64,000 nt of DNA from Vezdaea acicularis (lineage: Eukaryota), in NCBI GenBank assembly GCA_026025075.1, contig JAPEUI010000031.1, forward strand, positions 62,001 to 126,000. The letters run 5' to 3'. Under the pieces are notes generated by a model. The model was not told where the DNA came from. It searched no databases and saw nothing but the letters and a program-made list of their open reading frames with translations. Of the stretch, positions 25,573-37,078 are shown one piece after another. How positions within the stretch are numbered: the first letter of the stretch is position 1; each line of letters opens with the position of its first letter. Position numbers and translations under genes: made by a program.

Positions 25573-27075
25573 AATGATTGGAATGTCAGGCCGGCCTGAA
25601 TCTGAGAAAAAAATGAAGGTGTGGGTGGATAAGGACAGACTCTCCTTACTTTGTAAAGACCAAACATGGGATCCGTAGAGGATACAAACCCTCTTAAGAT
25701 TGTTCATTCATGCCATGTCTCTGTCCCCTTTCGGCATCTCAACATCAGTTTCCCGGGACGATGCCGCCGGCCGAAGATGAAGGGACAGGCGGGCTGCATA
25801 AGCGCTGCAGTTTTGGGTTTCACGTCTCAGAGCAGAGCCGGTACAGGAAGCGCAGTATGAATTCCATCGATGTTCTTTCATCCATGATCCATGTTCGTTT
25901 CTTGCAATCAGCCATGCGATTGCGTAGCGGTCAAGAAACTGGGTAAGCGTTCATGTAGGTCACTCCGAGGTTCACGCGCATTCGGATAACAGCGAGAATC
26001 GCAGAATCCTGTCAACTGGCAACCGAGAGATATCTTCAACGCAGGCTTAAGGATCCATCATGCAAAGCGCCCTCAGAGTAGAGACGTTCTAGATGATCTC
26101 AATTTGACCGACCATGGTCGAACGGTCGAGTGATCGGGTGGTTGGTCGGGTGTCGACCCAAGCCCACCCGACTGACAAAGACTGGGCTAGACTCTAGGAG
26201 TCTCTCGAGAGAACGCGACATTGTATATTGTTTGCTAGGTAGGGGGTCGCTGCAGGCCAGTCAGACCAACTCAAGGTCCGAGAGACTTACGTGAATACGA
26301 ATGCCCTCGGGAGGTTCTAGTAAATAGGTAGGAGGCATTCTACCATGAACGCTCAGGTACTGCGAACACTTCAATGATAAATCCCCCTGAACCCAGAACG
26401 TCTTGGATGATTGATATAGACTGTTCAACGGGTATCTTTATCTAATCGCGCGAACGTGTCCAGCACTGACGACTAAGCATACCTGGAAGCTTGGCAAAGG
26501 AGCCGCCCTTGAAGCCACTCGTTACAGAACCGTTGTTATTTTTCATTAATCTTGTGCAACTACAACACTGTTGCTTACTATTTTTTGTAATTTTTGAGAC
26601 AGATAATGGATCATTCAGGGGCTTAGGCCAACACTGCGCAAGATAATAAGACATGGGTTGATGTTTCGATTTATGATCGATCAAAGGCTATCAAGCGGCA
26701 TGCAGGCGAAAGGGAACATTTAATTGCAGCGCAACCTCTCGTTTGTCTAACTGGCCAAAAATCTCGAGGATGGTGGAGATAATGAGCAGCGTATCGCAGA
26801 TTTTTGATCAGAGATGCGCAAACTTAGCGTGAAAATATAAACGAGACCGAGAGAAAGAGTAATAGAAAACTGACGATACGTGTTGAGAAGCAGCGAGGCA
26901 AGCGAGGGGCATTCCCCGATTGGGCGGTCACTAAACTGGATGGCGGAATCTGCTTGAGGCTTCACGTGACGACTCCATACATCCTAGCTGAACCTCGGCT
27001 CATTTGGATCGAGGTCATCCTTCTATAACATATCCTTTTTGTACTCGATAGCAGGAAGTAATAATCTCAATAGCC

Positions 27076-27843
27076 ATGGCTGACGCTGCCCCCGATCTTC
27101 CAGCAGAGGCACCTCCTGCGCCACTCGAAGAAATCTCCACACGCGTCCCCGAGAAGATCGCGGGATCCACCAGAACTATCGCCAAACTTCGAGCCCTACT
27201 CTCGCGAACGTCCGGCTTTGATTCTGCTCTCCTCGGGCTACACTACCCATTACTCGTTTCAGTCTCGCTCAACTCGAAAGTTCCACAGCCCGGTCTGCGC
27301 GCTCTTATAGCGCTTATCTCCGATGTGCGCATGTTTTTGCGCCTCCCTGGCCTGCTCTCAATATACCTCTGGGCGCTGTCCACATACGCCAAGCCCCCCA
27401 AGGACACGGTTCTGAACACGATCGCTTGGGGCCAGATAGGTGCGAGTACCGTCTTCCAACTCTTAGAGAACATTGCGTACCTAAGTGCGCATCATATCAT
27501 TAAGCTGGACAAAATCAAGGAGGGCAAGGCCTGGCGCTGGTGCCTTCGAGCATGGGGTCTACATGTGTTTTTGGACTTGGTCCGGTTGGCGAGAGTGAAG
27601 CAGCTGGAGGCAAGACAGAGGCAAAGGGGTCGTGCAGATCTTGTGGAGAAGGAAAGCAAGATTGAGAAGGAGGCGGAGGAAGAGAAGTGGAGGACACAGC
27701 TATTGACAAATGCTGCGTACGCGCCGCTCACCATACACTATGGAATGGATAAAGGACCGTTAAGCGATCTTTGGATTGGAGCGTTTGGGAGTGTGGCTAG
27801 CATTGTGGGATGGAGGCAAGTTTGGAAGAATGTGGAGCTATGA
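27076..27843 (+). CDS. Peroxin-11 family protein (Pex11C-like)
   Basis: ISDVRMFLRLPGLL, FQLLENIAYL, WRWCLRAWGLHVFLDLVRL, NAAYAPLTIHY..LSDLWIGAFG. 255 aa, intronless. Confidence 0.75.
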   Translation: MADAAPDLPAEAPPAPLEEISTRVPEKIAGSTRTIAKLRALLSRTSGFDSALLGLHYPLLVSVSLNSKVPQPGLRALIALISDVRMFLRLPGLLSIYLWALSTYAKPPKDTVLNTIAWGQIGASTVFQLLENIAYLSAHHIIKLDKIKEGKAWRWCLRAWGLHVFLDLVRLARVKQLEARQRQRGRADLVEKESKIEKEAEEEKWRTQLLTNAAYAPLTIHYGMDKGPLSDLWIGAFGSVASIVGWRQVWKNVEL

Positions 27844-29010
27844 TTAAAGCGGTAGCTGACAAGGACTGGTCCTGTTTACTATCTTCTCATACCATCGAGA
27901 TTTATGGTGACCTTTAGCGTTCGACCTACTATGGAGAGCACGGGAACTAGTTGTCGCCTTACTAAGAATCTGATGACGCTATGACATAGCACGTTGTGAA
28001 AATGATTGCTTGTGTTACGGTCCTTACGCACGACATGAGAATGAAGATAAGATGACAGTGCTGTTATAGAGCGCTCGCCAGGCATTAGGCTTACTTGCGC
28101 GTGCTCCCTTCAGAATGGCGTATGGTCACCCAACTATTAGGTCGCCATGGACCTAGAATGTAACTTTCACGTAGGAAAAAGTTATGCGGATAGTTGATTC
28201 GCCTTGGACCAAGGTAGGCGTTCAGATTGATTGGCTTAGGCAATAAAGTTACTCGGATTTTGTATGGATGATGCACCATTTAGCATCCGCTCTAATGCGA
28301 GCTTCCTTGTACCCAAAAAAATGTGCCTGCATGTCATATTTGTCGTAAACTTCGTGGCCGTGACTAAATCGAGAGCTTTCGGTGAGTCTGTTGTAGCCTC
28401 ATTGCGCCGTACGTGGTGGCTCTATATACGATTGACGAGCACCAATCATCATCCCTGCCGTTTTGCTTTCTCTTCGCTGCCCAGTCAGCGCCGCCCCCTC
28501 GCGCTGATCTCCCATCCTCCAGCCACGACACATCCCATCGCCAGCTTCACCTCGCGCTTTCTTCCGCAATAAAATCAGAACTCATTGGATACACCCGACT
28601 TGAGATATTTCAAATTGAGCGGCGATCGATTGTTCTACCCAGGTGAGTTCATCTCCGATAAATGCGATCGCACCAACTGCTTGTTCAACGCCTTAATATC
28701 GTCGCGACCGTATCCGACACCTCGGTTCCAGCAAAGACAACAAACACGCTCATTCATCCCCTCTTCTATCACCATTGGCTTCGAGATCACTTCCGTGGAC
28801 TTAAGGGTGTCACTAACCCTCGCAGAACTGAATTAGGGAAGGAAAAACCTATGTTGGCGCGTCCTACACTTAAAGCCAGCCTCGCGATCACCGCTAAAAG
28901 CGTCCAACATCGTGGGTGGCCCTGAGTATCACCACCCAGTGCCCTAAGCCGTAACGTGACCGCCATCATTTCATTCAACCCGATTTACTATATCTACAAA
29001 TAGCGGCAGC

Positions 29011-30219
29011 ATGTCCGTCAAATTTCAAAAGGAGACTGTGCGAGAAGGCGCAACAGTCGCACCCAACGGTGGATATGGAGGTCCCGATGGCGGCATGAGG
29101 GGCCAGGATCCTAGCTTCAGCGGCCCTGACGGGGGTGCGAGAGGGCAAGATCCTCGCTTCAGAGGCCCTGATGGGGGTGTGAGAGGGCAAGATCCTGGAT
29201 TTGGAGGTTCCGTTGGCGGTGCGAGAGGCCCAGACCCCGGCTTTGGTGGACAGCAGGGAGCGAGCTTTCGCGCACAGAAGACTACTGTGAGAGAAGAAGG
29301 AGCCGGTGGCTTCGGCATTGGTGGCGGCGCAACAGCGACCGATCACAAACATCGAGGTGTTAAGCATGAGTTCGTGCACGAGCTTGGAGAACGTTTGACT
29401 GGAGGGGAGACGACTAAAGGTTATCTTGCGGTATGCGCCCGACTTAGATGCTAACCGGATTACTTTTATCATTCTAACCTTCTGTTGCGCGTAGGCATAC
29501 CTTAAGCTGCTTCATGACTATCCGCTACGCACGAAAATGCTCACTTCTGGAACTTTAGCAGCACTTCAAGAGGTGCTTGCATCATGGATTGCAAACGATA
29601 AGAGCAAGCATGGGCATTACTTGTCTCCACGGGTCCCAAAGATGGCCATCTACGGGGCTTTCGTCAGCGCCCCCCTGGGCGACCTTTTGATCACAATCCT
29701 ACAGAAGCTTTTCAAGAACCGTACGAGCTTGAAGGCCAAGGTCTTCCAGATTCTTCTCAGCAATCTTATCGTTAGTACTATATCAATGACTTATATCGCG
29801 AGATCAATGAGCTAACAAAGTCTGCTGCATTAAGGTTGCTCCTATCCAAAACACCGTCTACCTTATCGCAATGGCTATAATTGCTGGAGCACGAACCATC
29901 CACCAGATCCGCGCGACGGTCAGAGCTGGATTCATGCCCGTGATGAAAGTTAGCTGGATCTCATCTCCAATTGCTCTTGCTTTCGCCCAACAATTCCTCC
30001 CTGAGCAGACCTGGGTTCCATTCTTTAACATCGTTGCCTTCGTCATCGGGACCTACATCAACGCGCATACCAAGAAGAAGAGGCTCACGGCCTTGAGGAA
30101 GAAGGTGAGCCATACTAAGCGTCACTTTGTACCTTTTAGATGCTGACAATCATTTCTAGTATTACGATGGACGAAGCACCAGTGGGCGGACTGACGAATA
30201 TTCTCGACGTGATTATTGA
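29011..30219 (+). CDS. wsc: PMP22/Mpv17-family peroxisomal membrane protein, Woronin sorting complex (WSC) type
   Basis: GYLA|AYL..PLRTKMLTSG, RVPKMAIYGAFVSAPLG, GARTIHQIRATVRAGFMPVMKVSW, TKKKRLTALRKK. Introns at 29431-29494, 29771-29834 and 30105-30159. Confidence 0.85.
29080..29247 (+). repeat. 4 x 42-bp coding tandem repeat (GPDGGxRGQDPxFx)
   Basis: Units start at 29080, 29122, 29164 and 29206, with synonymous differences between units. Confidence 0.9.
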
Positions 30220-30791
30220 TTGGAGGCATGCTTGAGATCTAAGGGAACAGCTTGTATGGGCTCAACGCGTTTCTGGTCATATGGTTAAGCCAGGGTCTGG
30301 GACCAATAGAAGGTGCTGCAAGCCTTTCAGCTTCTGGACGGGGCTGTATGCTCTTTACCGTACTCGATTTCTACTACCTTTCGGCGTGTTTCTCAACAGT
30401 AGTTATTGTAGCAAGCAAACCAAAACGTCGATAATCCGTGCCAGGTTGTGTTTGGGGCTTGCTGTAATGTGATGAAGCTGCGACTTGACAAAACCTCGAG
30501 TCCAAGATTCCACCAGGATATTTGCATGTACCTTGATTGCTGCGACGGCCAATAGCTGGCGCTCAGTATGATCAACTCGTTGAATACTACCTAGTTCAGG
30601 TTCGCAAAGCACCACGAGGAATGCCATGGACTGATAACGGATATTGAAATGACGGAACAAATGGTATTCGCCAAGTAAACACATGAGCACATATCATCGT
30701 TACATAAATATCCCCCTAGAATACCCAAAGCCCAGAAATCCCAGCGCTAACCCGTTCCCAAAGTATACCTTACCAGTTCCCAAAGTGTAAC

Positions 30792-33700
30792 TTACATGCC
30801 TGTCGCCGGTCCCACTGGACCTCCCCCAGACCCTTCCATCTCACTCAGTAAGATCTCCAGCAAATCGTACCCGCCGACATCTGGCCCCACTTCTGTTTGG
30901 CTGACACCCGCGCCGTACTGCAGTAGCGGATCCAGTGGCAGCGCGAGCCAGTCAGGCACGTACCCGGCTGCTGCGTCATCGTTCATGTTCTGTGCGTATA
31001 CCCCGTCGGATGGATGCATGGCTGCGCCATTGTTTTCATAGCCGGGCGTATACCCGAATGAAGGGGGCGGCATGATGGAGATATTCCCGCCAGTGAGATC
31101 GATGGACTCGGTGGATATTCCCACTAAGGGGTTCGGCGTCATGCGCCCCTCCATAGGGTGGTTGAAGCCGTTGGTGGCGTTTACCGCATTCATGTCGTAA
31201 GATTGATGGGGCACCCATTGGTGAGGGTGTTGCTGATCTACATGGGGTGGTTGATGGTGTGATGAAACTCTTCGCATTGCTGGAGGTGCGGGGCTGCGAC
31301 TTTCTTCGCCGTTTGGTGCATTGTTGGCCCCACTGGCGGCCATCCGTACAAAACGAGCCCGAATCCGGAAAGTCAACGTCTCTAGTAGATCTGCAAAGCG
31401 TATGCCTAGATGGACGTCATCTACAACGCAGTTTCGTAAAGCGTAGACGGTATTGTCCATCAAGCCAAGCGATATGGCGACTTCATCCTCTTTAGCACCT
31501 AGGGCGAATGTCTATATCCTGTTAGCTCCTGCAATGCTTCAGTCATCAGTTGCCAGCACGAACCTTCAACAAGAACATAGCTCCGCTGATGATTCGGAAG
31601 TACGTCCTGATTGGGCAGTGTTTCAAGTAATCATCAGGTAGTAAGCCTTCCACAACCGTGGTGAGGATACTACGGCTAGCCTCAACGACCTCTTTCACGA
31701 ACTCCTGATCGTTGCCATACAAACTCATCAAGGTCGACGGATGTATGTTACCACTGAGAGAACGTGAATTTGGTGACATTGAACCAGTTGAAGCGGAAGC
31801 CGTCGAGTTCAAGTGATCTTGGCTCGTGTTGTTTGTTAAACGCTCCACGACAGCCTGCAGAGCCAATGAGTTGATATACATTCTTACATATTCTGCTTCG
31901 ATGAGCAGAATGTGCCGCATATGTTTCGGAACTAGTATATTTTAGCGTTTCTATGCTACCCTAGAATTTCTTTGCATGTAATACTTACTCTCAAGAGCAT
32001 CAAAACTTCGCCGCCATTCTTTGAGCAAGGGCTGGAAATAATTAAGCAATTCGACATAACGGCCACTTCGAATTATGTCCCGTGTGTGTTTCTTGTTTCT
32101 GAACATCATCTCGTTGCCACGTTTCATGATATTTGCAATGGTCATCCAGCAAGCATGGGCATTATCAATCGGAGAGTTAGGAAGCAAAGGGGTAATAGCT
32201 GTACGAGAGGATGTATGGTTGTCCTCTCTTGTATCATTTCCAGATCTTTTGACTCCGGCATGATGCTGTTGTGGACTAGGAATTTTAGGGAATGCGGAGT
32301 TACTGATGTGTTGAGGTACCATGTTTGAGTTCCACTCCAGCCTTCCAGCAAGCTGCGTTACAAAAATGATAAGGAGTGTCTGCACTCTTTTGGCTCGTAT
32401 ACGGTAGGACTCTTGGCCATACTCCGGTCGATGCTGCTCCACTTCACTTGGGAAGCTATCGTCGATATCGTCGAAAACTCCGAGTTCACTATAGATATTA
32501 GTAAGGTCTTTCTCAACAGCGAAGCTAATGAGCGTACAACGAGAGCGCCATTGCGTTTCCAAGTAACATCCAACACATACGGTCACTCCTCCATGCAGGC
32601 TCAAGATACGACTCAAGCCGCTTGCCTCCAATGCCTTTTGTTTTGTTAGTATCATTTTCCATGCCGTCGTTCTCTTGAGCAGCATGTTCGCGAATCTCAT
32701 CCCGTACGATCAGCTCATCACCATCATCACCAGGTGGGAAATGCAGGGCCCGGGGATGCCACTCAGTTAGCAACATCAGGGACTCAACTCTTTAAATAAG
32801 TCAGCTCACGTTCCGATTCCGAGTGATCATGGATGAGGGTGCGTACGTTCCCAAGGTTCGGAGGTTGCCTTTTCTGGAACCTCTCCAAGGCGCTGTGCTG
32901 GAGGTTTGAGCTTCTCCATCATCTTCCATCGCAGCTGCTCGAAGTCCACCACCAAATTGTTCCTGGCCCCATACCATCCGCTCTATCATCCCTCTGAGGT
33001 ATGTCCAAAGCTTCTCGTGAATAGCGTAGGACCGTGAGAGACCACTGGGACCAGGTAGCCGCATATGCCGTGATGAAACCGTCAAGAGAGTGACTGTGAG
33101 GATCGGCTCTTCGGTGAGGAGAGCAATATGAGTCGCCGGAGAGTGAAAATTGGGAGGTGAAATCGGAGTTAGTGGAGCTAGGTAAGTGTAGAAACTAAAG
33201 ATAATAAGTGATTGCCTACGCTCTATGAAGGCTTGAGGTCATACTATTCAATGTAAGCTATCGCTTCTCGTGCAGAGAACCACCCTGCTCTGATGAATCG
33301 AAATTTGGCCCACGCCTTCAGAGCGCTTTGTAGCCCTGGTGTATCCGGTCTTTCTGAGTCCATCTCTCCATTAATTATAGCAGGATCAACAGGTGTCACA
33401 CCAGGCAAAGATCTGGGAGGTCCCATCAGTCTTGGTTGGCTTAAGTGGTCCGATCCATTTGTACGTCCATTGCCCTGCCCATGCGCTCCTGCAGAGCCTG
33501 GTGTCCCAGTGACTGTTGCCGGTGACTGATGTACGGTACTATGACTTCCGATACGCTTGTGGTTGATATCACCACTCCGGCCCGCAGCTTCAAACAACAG
33601 GTTTAAGGCGTCATGTCCGCTGTACACCTCTGTCCTTATCAGAGCTGCTGCTGTTGAGTTTGTGAGATGTTGATCATCGTCCGCATTATCTGCTGACGCC

Positions 33701-34305
33701 GTCGCAGGATGGCCATGAACCGCGTAGGGATTCGGGCGAGGCACTCTCGTAGCAAATGCCTGCTGAGGCGAATGGGAGACACTATGCTCAGCCGATTGAG
33801 GATCTGATCGTGGCCTTCTTAGAGGCTGAGGCCGCCCGATTGAGCCCCCAGGCGTCAACGGAGGTTGGGTGAAGCTCGATGCTAAAGGCGAATAGGTGGT
33901 AGGCTGCGCTTTAGGCTCAGCTGTCAATGATGTCTGTCTATGGCGAACAAGGGGGGGCGTATCGCCATCGCTTCCACTTCGCAGCCTCTTGCGGCCATTC
34001 CGAATCTCGAACTCGTCTTCATATTCCCCATCTCCAGAACCCTCGCCGTCGGTTGGTTTTCGCTTTCTCCGAGTAGCGGAAAAGTAACACTCCTTGCTCT
34101 CGCGTCGGCATCTAACGCAAGGAGGATCATGAGGGTTGTCAACAGAACCTAGGTCACATCGCACTTTTCGCCTTCGGCACGGAATGCAAGCCTGATATGT
34201 CCGCTTATGCTGTGGAGGGGCTAGAGCTGTCAAGGTCGATGGAGCAGGTACAGAAGGAGCACCCTGCTGGCCAGCGCTGGGGTATTGAAGGCCAACGGCC
34301 GCCAT
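30792..34305 (-). CDS. ARO80: Zn(II)2Cys6 transcription factor, Aro80-like (multi-intron)
   Basis: [92 protein letters not shown]. Confidence 0.85.
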
Positions 34306-34963
34306 GGCAACGGCGATGGAAAAGGTCAAGTGTGTAGTCGGCGAGAAACGTTCGGCTTGCAACGGTTTTAATTCTCGATATGCTCGCGAGGCTAACTAAA
34401 CTTCGCGATGAGAGCTTTAAAGCAGGACCCCCACGCGAGGCAAGCGACAAAAGTAACAAGTTCCAGGTCGTACAGCTCAGCGATGCTCAAGGGCATAAGT
34501 ACCCATCATATCGAATCAAGTGCACAAAATGAAATGAGATTTTTTTCCATTCGTGGAGGTGGAACATGTTTAACATAGTGCGCCGATCAACCACCTTAAT
34601 TGCGATAGGAATCGCGGTACTTTGCTTCCACGCTTCCACGCTAGAAAATCACGCAGAGCCCCACGCTCGCCAAGGAAACTTAGGACGCGGCCGGAACGGA
34701 GACGTCTGAATGTACTGAACCTAAGGTTATCGCATCTCTAGAGCACGGCATTACAATATAACCCTTGACTCCAGGCGGCAATCTTGAGACGGAGTAAAGG
34801 TATCTTAAGAAGAAAAACTCTGGGCTAAATTCATTAAATGCTACGTACATACGATGAGGTAAAAACGCTGGGAAAGTATTGCAGCCCATCTCAGCTAAAA
34901 AAAACAAAATCTACGACCATCAAGAATAACGATCGAGAAGAAGCAAGACGCCTAGAACACACT

Positions 34964-37078
34964 TCAAATAGCTGCTATAGCATAGTCATAATCCCTGCGA
35001 GTGGTGAAATTCTTGAGACCGATTCTGAAATGTAGGCTAAACAAGTCCAACCATTTCTCACTCAGGTCTTGAGCCTGCGCCTGATGGTCCTCTTCACAAA
35101 GCATGTTGCTGACAAGATCTTCAATGACCTTTCTGAATATGACATTATATGTCGAATCCCTAATTAAATGACCTATTAGCTGCAGACTCCTTCCTTGGTT
35201 GTGCGGCTCAATCTTTTTCACGCAGTATCTAGTTTCGGATCCCTTTTGATATCCGATACAAGTGTGGACCCTCGACCTAAGACCGAATCCTAGAATTCCA
35301 GAAATTCTTAGCTCTGCTCCTACCATAATGTTATCCGCGGCTGATCTCAGCTTCATTTGGCTCACGTATATCTCGGGCTTGGGTGTAGGGCCTCCAAGAA
35401 CTTCGTGCTGGGGTTCTCGGATGTCCTCATGTACAACCCTTGGATCTGCCCTGGTTTTACTCCTCGTTATAATCGGATCCCTCTGGATGCTCTTGGGTTT
35501 CTTAGGTCCGGCTTTAACCCAAGCACGAAAGGTATTCAGCCAGCCTATTCCTTCATTGAGCTCCAGCTTTTCAAGATGTTTTACCCACGGAGGGCTCAAC
35601 TCTTTGTTTTGACCGTATGGCTCCAGGTCCATGAACAAGCGAACTTCTTCTACGGCAACTATTGCCTCCATTTGGCTAATCTCAAACCATTCTCTGTGGA
35701 CCGTCGACTTTCTGCAACCCTGGCCTCGGTTACAAAGTATCTCCTGTTTTCTTCGCAAGCCGTATAGACTGTGTACAAGTAATTCTGCTCGTTTATAGTT
35801 TGGGATATGTCTCTGAAGCCTGTCTGATACAGGTTGTACCCTATCTCTATATCCGCATTCTCTCGCTTGGCTCTCTATTCTTTGCAGAGGTGCTTTCAGC
35901 GATCTTCCTATCTTGACATGACCAGCTGAACCAAATCTTTCAAAAACATAGATATAACCACTCTCATCGCAGGGTGACAGGTTTCTTCTTATATTGTGCA
36001 ATAAATAATCCCACGCTTGTTGGGTCGTTTGGTTGGCTTTGAACGCGACAAACTCCAAGGCAGTTTGCTCACCACGTCTCACTTGTTGCATTTCCAGCAA
36101 GATATGTTTTGAGGCAGATATTTCTCTTTGTCGGTTGGCTACGTTATCGACTTGCCCTTGCGTTTCACCTCTAATACTTTTGTGATACCAGGGTGGAAGG
36201 GCAGGCTCTTCCGAGGCATGCCTACTTGTCGAAGGGGTTGTCGCTGGCGTCGAAGCCCAGCTTCCGCCATGTGGGGACCAAAATTGGGATGACGGTGTGC
36301 CCTTCGCGCTGATCTGTCCCCTATCGCTGAAGGTTGGATAAATCACTGAGACGTTTCTTTTTGATAGCTTGCTCTTTCCAATTAAGTCGCTTCTTTCCTC
36401 ATCTCTGTCCTGTAATTTCTCTAACCACTCAGCCGCTTTTGTCTCCGCTTGCCCTTGATGATATCTTGGGCATAGGAGAAGTCGGGCAATATTGACAAAT
36501 TCTTGCTTGTAATTTGGGGTGCCTTTCTTTGCAAGCTGGTCGAGAAGCTTCCTTGCTTGAATTTGGTTTGGCTTACTGATAGGGTTCCGGCACGAACATC
36601 CCTTGGCTGTTACTCCTGCGCACTGGTTCTTATTGGATTCGACAGGTATTATGTTTTCAATGCTCATGTATTTTGGCGACTGCCAAACTCCTTTTTCAAA
36701 AGGGAGTTCTTGTCGACGATCTACTTGGAACATAATTTCAATGGCCTCAGTGGGCGCAGTAAAAGAGGCCCAGCCCGCTCCTGCTCTTTTTGCTTCCAAG
36801 ATCCAAGCATTTGCAATGCTTGCGGCCTGCTCGGGATGCCCCTTCGTTCTGCAAAGGAGAGAAGTGGCAATGGCCTCCAGCTTCTCTCTGACACCAGCCG
36901 GCTGCATGCCTCCTTTTGCGACATTTCCGAAGTTGGCTTTAGCTTTTGTCGGACTATGCTTGGTCTTGATGCCTCGACCGCATCTGTGCTGTGCGTTGTT
37001 TAAGCCAATACATCTGATTTCTACGAAATTTGATTGAATGAGGTCTTTTAGGGTTGGCGCCTCCATCGCCGTATACAT
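34964..37078 (-). CDS. T5orf172 (MUG113 / GIY-YIG-like) nuclease-domain protein with three putative Zn-binding modules
   Basis: SGYIYVF..HVKIGRS..QRI..ECGY..RAELLVH..C..C..HREWFE is the fungal T5orf172 signature. Three C-x7/10-C..LC-x3/4-H-x2-QA modules. 704 aa, intronless. Confidence 0.8.
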   Translation of the reverse strand: MYTAMEAPTLKDLIQSNFVEIRCIGLNNAQHRCGRGIKTKHSPTKAKANFGNVAKGGMQPAGVREKLEAIATSLLCRTKGHPEQAASIANAWILEAKRAGAGWASFTAPTEAIEIMFQVDRRQELPFEKGVWQSPKYMSIENIIPVESNKNQCAGVTAKGCSCRNPISKPNQIQARKLLDQLAKKGTPNYKQEFVNIARLLLCPRYHQGQAETKAAEWLEKLQDRDEERSDLIGKSKLSKRNVSVIYPTFSDRGQISAKGTPSSQFWSPHGGSWASTPATTPSTSRHASEEPALPPWYHKSIRGETQGQVDNVANRQREISASKHILLEMQQVRRGEQTALEFVAFKANQTTQQAWDYLLHNIRRNLSPCDESGYIYVFERFGSAGHVKIGRSLKAPLQRIESQARECGYRDRVQPVSDRLQRHIPNYKRAELLVHSLYGLRRKQEILCNRGQGCRKSTVHREWFEISQMEAIVAVEEVRLFMDLEPYGQNKELSPPWVKHLEKLELNEGIGWLNTFRAWVKAGPKKPKSIQRDPIITRSKTRADPRVVHEDIREPQHEVLGGPTPKPEIYVSQMKLRSAADNIMVGAELRISGILGFGLRSRVHTCIGYQKGSETRYCVKKIEPHNQGRSLQLIGHLIRDSTYNVIFRKVIEDLVSNMLCEEDHQAQAQDLSEKWLDLFSLHFRIGLKNFTTRRDYDYAIAAI

